Of a DNA stretch of 64,000 bases, positions 1 to 14,100 are shown piece after piece. Below the pieces are notes generated by a model. The model was not told the origin of the DNA. It saw nothing but the letters and a program-made list of their open reading frames with translations, and made no database searches. The stretch is from Antedon mediterranea. Lineage: Eukaryota > Animalia > Echinodermata. A program made the translations under genes and the position numbers. The DNA is taken from positions 9,440,422 to 9,504,421 of the forward strand of contig NC_092678.1 in assembly GCF_964355755.1 (NCBI RefSeq). The letters run 5' to 3'. Each line of letters begins with the position of its first letter. Within the stretch, counting starts at the first letter, position 1.

Positions 1-3000
1 CTCTCTCTCGCTGATCTATCTCTCTCTCGCTGATCTATCTCTCTCTCGCTGATCAATCTCTCTCTCGGTGATCTATCTCTCTCTCGTTGATCAATCTCCC
101 TCTCTCGCTGATCAATCTCTCTCTCTCTCACTGATCTATCTATCTCTCGCTGATCTTTATCTCGCTGATCTCTCTCTCTCGCTGGTCTCTCTCTCTCTCG
201 CTGATCTCTCTCTCGCTGATCTCTCTCTCTCTCTCTCTCGCTGATCTCTCTTTCGCTGATCTCTCTATCTCTCGCTGATCTCTCTCTCTCTTTGATCTTT
301 CTTTCTCTCACTGATCTATCTCTCTCTCGCGGATCTATATCTCTCTCACTGATCTATCTCTCTCTCGCTGATCTATCTATCTCTCTCTCGCTGATCTATC
401 TCTCTCTCGCTGATTTATCTCTCTCTCGCTGATCTATCTATCTCTCTCGCTGATCTATCTCTCTCTCGCTGATCTATCTATCTCTCTCTCGCTGATCTAT
501 CTCTCTCTCGCTGATCGATCTATCTATCTCTCTCTCGCTGATCTATATATCTCTCTCTCGCTTATCTATCTCTCTTTCGCTGATCTATCTCCCTCTCGCT
601 GATCTATCTCTCTCTCGCTGATCTATCTATCTCTCTCTCGATGATCTATCTCTCTCGCTGATCTTTCTCTCGCTGATCTCTCTCTCTCTCTCTCTCTCTC
701 GCTGATCTCTCTTTCGCTGATCTCTCTCTCTCTTTGATCTCTCTCTCTCTCTCTCACTGATCTATCTCTCTCTCGCTGATCTATATCTCTGTCATTGATC
801 TATCTCTCTCTCGCTGATCTATCTATCTCTCTCTCGCTGATCTATCTCTCTCTCGCTGATTTATCTCTCTCTCGCTGATCTATCTATCTCTCTCGCTGAT
901 CTATCTCTCTCTCGCTGATCTATCTATCTCTCTCTCGCTGATCTATCTCTCTCTCGCTGATCGATCTATCTATCTCTCTCTCGCTGATCTATATATCTCT
1001 CTCTCATTGATCTATCTCTCTCTCGCTGATCTATCTATCTCTCTCTCGCTGATCTATCTCTCTCTCGCTGATTTATCTCTCTCTCTCGCTGATCTATCTA
1101 TCTCTCTCGCTGATCTATCTCTCTCTCGCTGATCTATCTATCTCTCTCTCGCTGATCTATCTCTCTCTCGCTGATCGATCTATCTATCTCTCTCTCGCTG
1201 ATCTATATATCTCTCTCTCGCTGATCTATCTCTCTTTCGCTGATCTATCTCCCTCTCGCTGATCTATCTCTCTCGCTGATCTATCTATCTCTCTCTCGAT
1301 GATCTATCTCTCTCTCACTGATCTATCTCTCTCTCGCTGATCTATCTCTCTCTCGCTGATCTATCCCTTTCTCGCTGATCTATCCCTCCCTCGCTGATCT
1401 ATCTCTATCTCGCTGATCTATCCCTCTCTCACTGATCTATCTCTCTCTCGCTGATCTATCCCTCTCTCGCTGATCTATCCCTCTATCGCTGATCTATCTC
1501 TCTCTCGCTGATCTATCGCTCTCACGCTGATCTATCTCTCTCTCGCTGATCTATCGCTCTCTCGCTGATCTATCTCTCTCTCGCTGATCTATCTATCTCT
1601 CTCTCGCTGATCTCTCTCTTTCTCTCTCGCTGATCTATCTCTCTCTCGCTGATCTATCGCTCTCTCGCTGATCTATCTCTCTCTCGCTGATCTATCTATC
1701 TCTCTCTCGCTGATCTCTCTCTTTCTCTCTCGCTGATCTATCTCTCTCGCTGATCTATCTATCTCTCTCTCGATGATCTATCTCTCTCTCACTGATCTAT
1801 CTCTCTCTCGCTGATCTATCTCTCTCTCGCTGATCTATCCCTTTCTCGCTGATCTATCCCTCCCTCGCTGATCTATCTCTATCTCGCTGATCTATCCCTC
1901 TCTCACTGATCTATCTCTCTCTCGCTGATCTATCCCTCTCTCGCTCATCTATCCCTCTATCGCTGATCTATCTCTCTCTCGCTGATCTATCGCTCTCACG
2001 CTGATCTATCTCTCTCTCGCTGATCTATCGCTCTCTCGCTGATCTATCTCTCTCTCGCTGATCTATCTATCTCTCTCTCGCTGATCTCTCTCTTTCTCTC
2101 TCGCTGATCTATCTCTCACTCGCTGATCTATCGCTCTCTCGCTGATCTATCTCTCTCTCGCTGATCTATCTATCTCTCTCTCGCTGATCTCTCTCTTTCT
2201 CTCTCGCTGATCTATCTCTCTCTCACTGATCTATCTATCTCTCTCTCGCTGATCTATCTCTCTCTCTCGCTGATCTATCTATCTCTCTCTCGCTGATCTA
2301 TCTCTCTCTCGCTGATCGATCTATCTATCTATCTCGCTCTTGCTGATCTATCTATCTATCTCTCTCTCGCAGATCTATCTCTCTCTCTCGCTTATCTATC
2401 TATCTCTCTCTCGCTGATCCATCTATATTTCTCTCGCTGATCTATCTCTCTCTCGCTGATCTATCTATCTCTCTCGCTGATCTATCTATCTCTCTCTCGC
2501 TGATCTATCTATCTCTCTCTCGCTGATTTATCTCTCTCTCGCTGATCTATCTATTTCTCTCTCACTGATCTATCTCTCTCTCTCGCTGATCTATCTATCT
2601 CGCTGATCTATCTCTCTCTTGCTGATCTATCTCTCACTCTCTCGCTGATCTATCTCTTTCTCGCTGATCTATCTCTCTCTCGCTGATCTATCTCTCTCTC
2701 GCTGATATCTCTCTCTCTCTCTCTCGCTGATCTATATCTCTCTCGCTGATCTATCTCTCTCTCGCTGATCTATCTCTAATTTTTGAATTTAAAAAAGTGG
2801 AAATTTTAGTCATTTTTGGAAAAAATTCCTATGGTCCCCCAAGGGAAATTTTCGCAAAAATGGCCAAATTTTAACCCTTTTATTTTTTGACATAACTAGT
2901 TACTATGGCTCAATAAGATGATGTTAGCACAATATATTTGTAAAAAGGGCAATATTATAGCATAATTATTGAATTTTAAAAAGTGGTGTCTCTATAAGAT

Positions 3001-3711
3001 GATGTTAACACAATATATTTGCATAAATGCCAATATTATAGCATAATTATTGAATATTAAAAAGTGGAGATTTTGGCAATTTTTCGAAAAAATTCCTATG
3101 GTCTCCATTAGGGAAATTTTCAAAAATGTCCAAATTTTGGTCCTTTTATTTTTTGAATAACTAGTTACTATGGCTCTATAAGATGATGTTAACACAATAT
3201 ATGTGCATAAATGGCAATATTATATTCTAATTATTGAATTTAAAAAATTTGAAATTTTGGCCATTTTTCGAAAAATGTCTATAGTCCCCCGCAGGGAAAC
3301 TTTCGCAAAAATTGCCAAATTTCAAACGTTTTATTTTTTGTCATAACTAGTTACTATGGCTCTATAAGATGATGTTAGCTCAATATATTTGCATAAATGG
3401 CAATATTATAGCATAATTTTTTAATTTTAAACAATGGAAATTTTGACGATTTTTCGAGAAAAAAAATCCTATGGTCCCCCGCAGGGAAATTGTTCGAAAA
3501 ATGGCCAAATTTTGACCTTTTATTTCTTGAAATAACTAGTTAGTATGGCTCTATAAGATGATGTTAACACAATATATGCCCATAAATGGCAATATTATAG
3601 CCTAATTATAGAATTTTGAAAATTGGAAATTTTTGCCATTTTTCGAAAAAATTCCTATGGTCCCCCGCAGGGATATTTTCGCAAAAAAATTGCCAAACTT
3701 CAAACCTTTTA

Positions 3712-3910
3712 TTAGTCGCGTGGACGCGACTCTACCGTTCACTATGTCGGTCAGTCTGTCGGTCTGTCTGTCGGTCCGGTATCACTTTGCGTTTTATCGC
3801 TTTTCTGTACTTTTTGAACTGTTTTGATGTACAGAAAAGTTTTCAAGTACATTACTTTTTGAAAGTTCATTTCTTTCTTAGAGCACGCAACTTATTGTTG
3901 TTGGCCTTGT
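3712..3910 (+). mobile_element. Helentron-associated (HINE/DINE-1-like) non-autonomous element, copy 1
   Basis: Inserted in a T run of the satellite monomer without an obvious TSD. 5' palindrome AGTCGCGT-GG-ACGCGACT, an internal (GTCK)n microsatellite, and a 3' sub-terminal inverted copy GCACGCAACT before GGCCTTGTT. This layout matches HINE/DINE-1 elements. Confidence 0.75.
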
Positions 3911-4925
3911 TTTTTGACATAACTAGTTACTATGGCTCTATAAGTTGATGTTTACACAACATATGTGCATAAATGGCAATATTATAGTCTAATTATTGAA
4001 TTTTAAAAGGTGGAAATTTTGGTCATTTTGCGAAAAAATTTCTGTGGTCCCCCGCAGTGAAATTTTCGCAAAAATGGCCAAATTTTAACCCTTTTATTTT
4101 TTGACATAACTAGTTACTATGGCTCAATAAGATGATGTTAGCACAATATATTTGTAAAAAGGGCAATATTATAGCATAATTATTGAATTTTAAAAAGTGG
4201 TGTCTCTATAAGATGATGTTAACACAATATATTTGCATAAATGCCAATATTATAGCATAATTATTGAATATTAAAAAGTGGAGATTTTGGCAATTTTTCG
4301 AAAAAATTCCTATGGTCTCCATTAGGGAAATTTTCAAAAATGTCCAAATTTTGGTCCTTTTATTTTTTGAATAACTAGTTACTATGGCTCTATAAGATGA
4401 TGTTAACACAATATATGTGCATAAATGGCAATATTATATTCTAATTATTGAATTTAAAAAATTTGAAATTTTGGCCATTTTTCGAAAAATGTCTATAGTC
4501 CCCCGCAGGGAAACTTTCGCAAAAATTGCCAAATTTCAAACGTTTTATTTTTTGTCATAACTAGTTACTATGGCTCTATAAGATGATGTTAGCTCAATAT
4601 ATTTGCATAAATGGCAATATTATAGCATAATTTTTTAATTTTAAACAATGGAAATTTTGACGATTTTTCGAGAAAAAAAATCCTATGGTCCCCCGCAGGG
4701 AAATTGTTCGAAAAATGGCCAAATTTTGACCTTTTATTTCTTGAAATAACTAGTTAGTATGGCTCTATAAGATGATGTTAACACAATATATGCCCATAAA
4801 TGGCAATATTATAGCCTAATTATAGAATTTTGAAAATTGGAAATTTTTGCCATTTTTCGAAAAAATTCCTATGGTCCCCCGCAGGGATATTTTCGCAAAA
4901 AAATTGCCAAACTTCAAACCTTTTA

Positions 4926-5124
4926 TTAGTCGCGTGGACGCGACTCTACCGTTCACTATGTCGGTCAGTCTGTCGGTCTGTCTGTCGGTCCGGTATCACT
5001 TTGCGTTTTATCGCTTTTCTGTACTTTTTGAACTGTTTTGATGTACAGAAAAGTTTTCAAGTACATTACTTTTTGAAAGTTCATTTCTTTCTTAGAGCAC
5101 GCAACTTATTGTTGTTGGCCTTGT
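4926..5124 (+). mobile_element. HINE/DINE-1-like element, copy 2 (created by the 1,214-bp duplication)
   Basis: Appears identical to 3712-3910, with the same flanks. Confidence 0.75.
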
Positions 5125-8100
5125 TTTTTGACATAACTAGTTACTATGGCTCTATAAGTTGATGTTTACACAACATATGTGCATAAATGGCAATATTATA
5201 GTCTAATTATTGAATTTTAAAAGGTGGAAATTTTGGTCATTTTGCGAAAAAATTTCTGTGGTCCCCCGCAGTGAAATTTTCGAAAAATAGCAAAATTTCG
5301 ACCCTTTTATTTTTTGACGTAACTAGTTACTCTGGCTGTATAAGATGATGTCAGCACAATATATTTGCATAAATGGCAATATTATAGCATAATTTTCGAA
5401 TTTTAAAAAGTGGAAATTTTGGCCATTTTTCGAAAAAATTCATATAGTCCCCCGTAGGGAAATTTTCGAAAAATGGCCTAATTATTGAATTTTAAACGGT
5501 GGACATTTTGGTTAATGTTAGCAAAATATATCTGTATAAATGGCAACATTATAGCATACTTTTCGAATTCTGAAAAGTGGAAATTTTTGCCCTTTTTCGA
5601 AAAAAATTCCTATGGTCCCCCACAGGAAAATATTCGAAAAATTTCCAAATTTTCACCCTTTTATTTTTTGACATAACTAGTTACTATGGCTCTATAAGAT
5701 GATGTTAGCACAATATATTTGCATAAATGGCAATATTATAGCATAATTATTGAATTTTAAAAAGTGGGAATATTTGCCATTTTTTGAAAAAATTCTTATG
5801 GTCCCCCGTAGAAAAATTTTTCTAAAAATGGCCAAATTTCGACCTTTTTATTTTTTGACATAACTAGTCACTATGGCTCTATAAGATGATGTTAGAAAAA
5901 TATATGTGTATAAATGGCAATATTATAGCATAATTATTTAATTTTAAAAAGTGGAAAATGTTGCCATTTTTCGGAAAAAGTCCTATGGTCCCCACAAGAA
6001 AATTTTCGAAAAATTGCCAAATTTCAACCCTTTTATTTTTCGACATAACTAGTTACCTCTCTCTCGCTGATCTATATCTCTCTCGCTGATCTATCTATCT
6101 CTCTCACGCTGATCTATCTCTCTCTCGCTGATCTATCAATCTCTGTCTCGCTGATCTATCTATCTCTCTCTCTCTCGCTGATCTATCTATCTCTCTCTCG
6201 CTGATCTCTCTCTTTCTCTCGCTGATCTAACTCTCTCTCTCTCTCTGATCTATCTCTCTCTCTCGCTGATCTATCTCTCTCTTGCTGATCTATCTCTCTC
6301 TCTCTTGCTGATCTATCTATCTCTCTCTCGCTGATCTATCTCTCTCTCGCTGATCTATCTCTCTCTCGCTGATCTATCTCTCTCGCGCTGATCTGTCTAT
6401 CTCTCTCACTGATCTATCTCTCTCTCTCGCTGATCTATCTCTCTCTCGCTGATCTATCTATCTCTCTCGCTGATCTATCTATCTGTCTCTCGCTGATCTA
6501 TCTGTGTCTCGCTGATCTGTCTCTCTCTCTCTCGCTGATCTATCTATCTTTCTCTCGCTGATCTATCTCTCTCTCGCTGATCTATCTATCTCTCTCACGC
6601 TGATCTATCTATCTCTCTCTCGCTGATCTATCTCTCTCTCGCTGATCTACCTATCTCTCTCTCGCGGATCTATCTCTCTCTCGCTGATCTATCTCTCTCT
6701 CTCTAGCTGATCTATCTCTCTCTCGCTGATCTATCTCTCTTTCTTTCGCTGATCTATCTCTCTCTCGCTGATCTATCTCTCTCTCTCGCTGATCTATCTC
6801 TCTCTCGCTGATCTATCTCTCTCTCGCTGATCTAACTCTCTCTCTCTGATCTATCTCTCTCTCGCTGATCTATCTCTCTCTCGCTGATCTAACTATCTCT
6901 CTCTCTGATCTATCTCTCTCTCTCTCGCTGATCTATCTCTCTTGCTGATCTATCTCTCTCTCTCTCTCTCGCTGATCTATCTCTCTCTCACTAATCTATC
7001 TCTCTCTCGCTGATCTATCTCTCTCTCGCTGATCTATCTCTCTCTCGCTGATCTATCTCTCTCTCGCTGATCTATCTCTCTTGCGCTGATCTATCTATCT
7101 TTCTCTCGCTGATCTATCTCTCTCTCACTGATCTATCTCTCTCTCGCTGATCTATCTCTCTCTCTTTCGCTGATCTATCTGTGTCTCGCTGATCTGTCTC
7201 TCTCTCGCTGATGTATCTCTCTCTCGCTGATCTATATCTCTCTCACTGATCTATCTCTCTCTCTCGCTGATCTATCTCTCTCTCTCGCTGATCTATCTCT
7301 CTCTCGCTGATCTATCTCTGTCGCTGATCTATCTATCTCTCTCTCTCTCGCTGATCTATCTCTCTCTCGCTGATCGATCTATATATCTCTCTCTCGCTGA
7401 TCTATCTCTCTCTCGCTGATCTTTCTATCTCTCTCACGCTGATCTATCTCTCTCCCGCTGATCTCTCTATCTCTCTCTCGCTGATCTATCTATCTCTCTC
7501 GCCGATCTATCTCTCTCTCGCTGATCTATCTATCTCTCTCGCTGATCTATCTCTCTCTCGCTGGTCTATCTATCTCTCTCTCGCTGATCTATCTCTCTCT
7601 CGCTGATCGATCTATCTATCTCTCTCTCTCGCTGATCTATATATCTCTCTCTCGCTGATCTATCTCTCTCTCGCTGATCTATCTCTCTCTGGCTGATCTA
7701 TCTATCTCACTCTCGATGATCTATCTCTCTCGCTGATCTATCTATCTCTCTCTCGCTGATCTATCTCTCTCTCTCTCGCTGATCTATCTCTCTCGCTGAT
7801 CTATCTCTCTCTCTCTTTCGCTGATCTATCTCTTTCTCTCGCTGATCTATCTCTCTCGCTGATCTATCTCTCTCGCTGATCTATCTCTCTCTCGCTGATC
7901 TATCTCTCTCTCCTCAATCTATCTATCTCACTCTCGCTGATCTATCTATCTCTCTCTCGCTGATCTACCTATCTCTCTCTCGCTGATCTATCTCTCTCTC
8001 GCTGATCTACCTCTCTCTCTCTCTATCTCTCGCTGATCTATCTCTCTCTCTCTCTCTCTCTCTCGCTGATCTAACTCTCTCTTTCTCTCTGATCTATCTC

Positions 8101-10071
8101 TCTCTCTCGCTGATCTATCTCTCTCTTGATGATCTATCTCTCTCTCTATCGCGCTGATCTATCTATCTCTCTCTCGCTGATCTATCTCTCTCTCGATGAT
8201 CTATCTCTCTCTCGCTGATCTATCTATCTCTCTCACGCTGATCTATCTCTCTCTCGCTGATATATCTATCTCTGTCTCGCTGATCTATCTATCTCTCTCT
8301 CGCTTATCTATCTATCTCTCTCTCGCTGATCTCTCTCTCTCGCTGATCTAACTCTCTCTCTCTGATCTATCTCTCTCTCTCGCTGATCTATCTCTCTCTT
8401 GCTGATCTATCTCTCTCTCTCTCTCGCTGATCTATCTATCTCTCTCTCGCTGATCTATCTCTCTCTCGCTGATCTATCTCTCGCGCGCTGATCTATCTAT
8501 CTCTCTCGCTGATCTATCTCTCTCTCGCTGATCTATCTCTCGCGCGCTGATCTATCTATCTCTCTCGCTGATCTATCTCTCTCTCGCTGATCTATCTCTC
8601 TCTCGCTGATCTATCTCTCGCGCGCTGATCTATCTATCTCTCTCGCTGATCTATCTCTCTCTCTCGCTGATCTATCTCTCTCTTGCTGATCTATCTCTCT
8701 CTCTCTCGCTGATCTATCTATCTCTCGCTGATCTATCTCTCGCGCGCTGATCTATCTATCTCTCTCGCTGATCTATCTCTCTCTCGCTGATCTATCTCTC
8801 TCTCGCTGATCTATCTATCTCTCTCGCTGATCTATCTATCTCTCTCTCGCTGATCTATCTGTGTCTCGCTGATCTGTCTCTCTCTCTCTCTCGCTGATCT
8901 ATCTATCTCTCTCTCGCTGATCTATCTCTCTCTCGCTGATCTATCTATCTCTCTTACGCTGATCTATCTATCTCTCTCTCTCGCTGATCTATCTCTCTCT
9001 CGCTGATCGATCTATCTATCTCTCTCTCGCTGATCTATCTATCTCTCTCTCGCTGATCTATCTTTGTCTCGCTGATCTATCTATCTCTCTCATGCTGATC
9101 TATCTCTCTCCCGCTGATCTATCTATCTCTCTCTCGCTGATCGATCTATCTATCTCTGTCTCGCTGATCTATCTATATCTTTCTTGCTGATCTATCTATC
9201 TCTCTCTGATCTATCTATCTCTCTCTCGCTGATCTATCTCTCTCTCGATGATCTATCTCTCTCTCGCTGATCTATCTATCTCTCTCGCTGATCTATCTAT
9301 CTCTCACTGATCTATCTGTGTCTCTCTGATCTGTCTCTCCCTCGCTGATGTATCTCTCTCTCGCTGAACTATATCTCTCTCACTGATCTATCTCTCTCTC
9401 GCTGATCTATCTCTCTCTCGCTGATCTATCTCTCTCTCGCTGATCTATCTCTCTCGCTGATCTATCTATCTCTCTCCCGCTGATCTATCTATATCTCTCT
9501 CGCTGATCTATCTATCTCTCTCGGATCTATCTCTCTCTCGCTGATCTATCTATCTCTCTCGCTGATCTATCTCTCTCTCGCTGGTCTATCTATCTCTCTC
9601 TCGCTGATCTATCTCTCTCTCGCTGATCGATCTATCTATCTCTCTCTCGCTGATCTATATATCTCTCTCTCGCTGATCTATCTCTCTCTCGCTGATCTAT
9701 CTCTCTCTGGCTGATCTATCTATCTCTCTCTCGATGATCTATCTCTCTCGCTGATCTATCTATCTCTCTCTCGCTGATCTATCTCTCTCTCGCTGATCTA
9801 TCTCTCTCTCTCGCTGATCTATCTCTCTCGCTGATCTATCTATCTCTCTCTTTCGCTGATCTATCTCTTTCTCTCGCTGATCTATCTCTCTCGCTGATCT
9901 ATCTCTCTCGCTGATCTATCTCTCTCTCGCTGATCTATCTCTCTCTCCTCGATCTATCTATCTCACTCTCGCTGATCTATCTATCTCTCTCTCGCTGATC
10001 TACCTATCTCTCTCTCGCTGATCTATCTCTCTCTCGCTGATCTACCTCTCTCTCTCTCTATCTCTCGCTGA

Positions 10072-10102
<31 letters not shown>

Positions 10103-11084
10103 TCTAACTCTCTCTCTCTGATCTATCTCTCTCTCTCGCTGATCTATCTCTCTCTTGATGATCTATCTCTCTCTCTCTCTCGCTGATCTATCTATCTCTC
10201 TCTCGCTGATCTATCTCTCTCTCGCTGATTTATCTCTCTCTCGCTGATCTATCTATCTCTCTCACGCTGATCTATCTCTCTCTCGCTGATCTATCTATCT
10301 CTGTCTCGCTGATCTATCTATCTCTCTCTCGCTGATCTATCTATCTCTCTCTCGCTGATCTCTCTCTCGCTGATCTATCTCTCTCTCTCTAGCTGATCTA
10401 TCTCTCTCTCGCTGATCTATCTCTCTTTCTTTCGCTGATCTATCTCTCTCTCGCTGATCTATCTCTCTCTCTCACTGATCTATCTCTCTCTCGCTGATCT
10501 ATCTCTCTCTCGCTGATCTAACTCTCTCTCTCTGATCTATCTCTCTCTCGCTGATCTATCTCTCTCTCGCTGATCTAACTATCTCTCTCTCTGATCTATC
10601 TCTCTCTCTCTCGCTGATCTATCTCTCTCTCGCTGATCTATCTCTCTCTCGCTGATCTATCTCTCTCTCGCTGATCTATCTCTCGCGCGCTGATCTATCT
10701 ATCTCTCTCGCTGATCTATCTCTCTCTCGCTGATCTATCTCTCTCTGGCTGATCTATCTATCTCTCTCTCGATGATCTATCTCTCTCGCTGATCTATCTC
10801 TCTCTCGCTGATCTATCTCTCTCTCTCGCTGATCTATCTCTCTCGCTGATCTATCTATCTCTCTCTTTCGCTGATCTATCTCTTTCTCTCGCTGATCTAT
10901 CTCTCTCGCTGATCTATCTCTCTCGCTGATCTATCTCTCTCTCGCTGATCTATCTCTCTCTCCTCGATCTATCTATCTCACTCTCGCTGATCTATCTATC
11001 TCTCTCTCGCTGATCTACCTATCTCTCTCTCGCTGATCTATCTCTCTCTCGCTGATCTACCTCTCTCTCTCTATCTCTCGCTGA

Positions 11085-11115
<31 letters not shown>

Positions 11116-14100
11116 TCTAACTCTCTCTCTCTCTCTGATCTATCTCTCTCTCTCGCTGATCTATCTCTCTCTTGATGATCTATCTCTCTCTCTCTCGCTG
11201 ATCTATCTATCTCTCTCTCGCTGATCTATCTCTCTCTCGCTGATCTATCTCTCTCTCGCTGATCTATCTATCTCTCTCACGCTGATCTATCTCTCTCTCG
11301 CTGATCTATCTATCTCTGTCTCGCTGATCTATCTATCTCTCTCTCGCTTATCTATCTATCTCTCTCTCGCTGATCTCTCTCTCTCTCGCTGATCTAACTC
11401 TCTCTCTCTGATCTATCTCTCTCTCTCGCTGATCTTTCTCTCTCTTGCTGATCTATCTCTCTCTCTCTCTCGCTGATCTATCTATCTCTCTCTCTCACTG
11501 ATCTATCTCTCTCTCGCTGATCTATCTATCTCTCTCGCTGATCTATCTCTCTCTCGCTGATCTATCTATCTCTCTCTCGCTGATCTATCTCTCTCTCTCG
11601 CTGATCGATCTATCTATCTCTCTCTCGCTGATCTATATATCTCTCTCTCGCTGATCTATCTCTCTTTCGCTGATCTATCTCCCTCTCGCTGATCTATCTC
11701 TCTCGCTGATCTATCTATCTCTCTCTCGATGATCTATCTATCTCTCTCGCTGATCTATCTCTCTCTCGCTGATCTATCTCTCTCTCGCTGATCTATCTAT
11801 CTCTCTCGCTGATCTATCTATCTCTCTCTCGCTGATCTATCTGTGTCTCGCTGATCTGTCTCTCTCTCTCTCGCTGATCTATCTATCTCTCTCTCGCTGA
11901 TCTATCTCTCTCTCGCTGATCTATCTATCTCTCTCACGCTGATCTATCTATCTCTCTCTCTCGCTGATCTATCTCTCTCTCGCTGATCGATCTATCTATC
12001 TCTCTCTCGCTGATCTATCTATCTCTCTCTCGCTGATCTATCTCTGTCTCGCTGATCTATCTATCTCTCTCACGCTGATCTATCTCTCTCCCGCTGATCT
12101 ATCTATTTCTCTATCGCTGATCGATCTATCTATCTCTGTCTCGCTGATCTATCTATCTCTCTCTTGCTGATCTATCTATCTCTCTCTGATCTATCTATCT
12201 CTCTCTCGCTGATCTATCTCTCTCTCGATGATCTATCTCTCTCTCGCTGATCTATCTATCTCTCTCGCTGATCTATCTATCTCTCACTGATCTATCTGTG
12301 TCTCTCTGATCTGTCTCTCCCTCGCTGATGTATCTCTCTCTCGCTGAACTATATCTCTCTCACTGATCTATCTCTCTCTCGCTGATCTATCTCTCTCTCG
12401 CTGATCTATCTCTCTCGCTGATCTATCTATCTCTCTCCCGCTGATCTATCTATATCTCTCTCGCTGATCTATCTATCTCTCTCGGGTCTATCTCTCTCTC
12501 GCTGATCTATCTATCTCTCTCGCTGATCTATCTCTCTCTCGCTGGTCTATCTATCTCTCTCTCGCTGATCTATCTCTCTCTCGCTGATCGATCTATCTAT
12601 CTCTCTCTCTCGCTGATCTATATATCTCTCTCTCGCTGATCTATCTCTCTCTCGCTGATCTATCTCTCTCTGGCTGATCTATCTATCTCTCTCTCGATGA
12701 TCTATCTCTCTCGCTGATCTATCTATCTCTCTCTCGCTGATCTATCTCTCTCTCGCTGATCTATCTCTCTCTCTCGCTGATCTATCTCTCTCGCTGATCT
12801 ATCTATCTTTCTCTTTCGCTGATCTATCTCTTTCTCTCGCTGATCTATCTCTCTCGCTGATCTATCTCTCTCGCTGATCTATCTCTCTCTCGCTGATCTA
12901 TCTCTCTCTCCTCGATCTATCTATCTCACTCTCGCTGATCTATCTATCTCTCTCTCGCTGATCTACCTATCTCTCTCTCGCTGATCTATCTCTCTCTTGC
13001 TGATCTACCTCTCTCTCTCTATCTCACGCTGATCTATCTCTCTCTCTCTCTCTCTCTCGCTGATCTAACTCTCTCTCTCTCTCTCTCTGATCTATCTCTC
13101 TCTCTCGCTGATCTATCTCTCTCTTGATGATCTATCTCTCTCTCTCTCGCTGATCTATCTATCTCTCTCTCGCTGATCTATCTCTCTCTCGCTGATCTAT
13201 CTCTCTCTCGCTGATCTATCTATCTCTCTCACGCTGATCTATCTCTCTCTCGCTGATCTATCTATCTCTGTCTCGCTGATCTATCTATCTCTCTCTCGCT
13301 TATCTATCTATCTCTCTCTCGCTGATCTCTCTCTCTCGCTGATCTAACTCTCTCTCTCTGATCTATCTCTCTCTCTGGCTGATCTTTCTCTCTCTTGCTG
13401 ATCTATCTCTCTCTCTCTCTCGCTGATCTATCTATCTCTCTCTCACTGATCTATCTCTCTCTCGCTGATCTATCTCTCGCGCGCTGATCTATCTATCTCT
13501 CTCGCTGATCTATCTCTCTCTCGCTGATCTATTTCTCTCTCGCTGATCTATCTCTCTCGCTGATCTATCTATCTCTCTCCCGCTGATCTATCTATATCTC
13601 TCTCGCTGATCTATCTATCTCTCTCGGGTCTATCTCTCTCTCGCTGATCTATCTATCTCTCTCGCTGATCTATCTCTCTCTCGCTGGTCTATCTATCTCT
13701 CTCTCGCTGATCTATCTCTCTCTCGCTGATCGATCTATCTATCTCTCTCTCGCTGATCTATATGTCTCTCTCTCGCTGATCTATCTCTCTCTCTCGCTGA
13801 TCTATCTCTCTCTGGCTGATCTATCTATCTCTCTCTCGATGATCTATCTCTCTCTGGCTGATCTATCTATCTCTCTCTCGCTGATCTATCTATCTCTCTC
13901 TCGCTGATCTATCTCTCTCTCTCGCTGATCTTTCTCTCTCTTGCTGATCTATCTCTCTCTCTCTCTCGCTGATCTATCTATCTCTCTCTCTCACTGATCT
14001 ATCTCTCTCTCGCTGATCTATCTATCTCTCTCGCTGATCTATCTCTCTCTCGCTGATCTATCTATCTCTCTCTCGCTGATCTATCTCTCTCTCTCGCTGA

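Larger units (their letters stand above)
2777..6056. repeat. Island 1 of a ~186-bp AT-rich tandem satellite with an internal inverted repeat; includes a 1,214-bp internal tandem duplication
   Basis: CTATAAGATGATGTT recurs at 2992, 3176, 3362 and 3551 (184-189 bp spacing). Identical ORF-track peptides at 2992/4206 and 3616/4830 give an offset of 1,214. Confidence 0.97.

Noticed and set aside
2992-5676. ORF-track peptides of 63-110 aa, repeated at 22037-23507
   Set aside because: Chance open frames across satellite monomers and the HINE microsatellite (CRSVCRSV); no protein motif.
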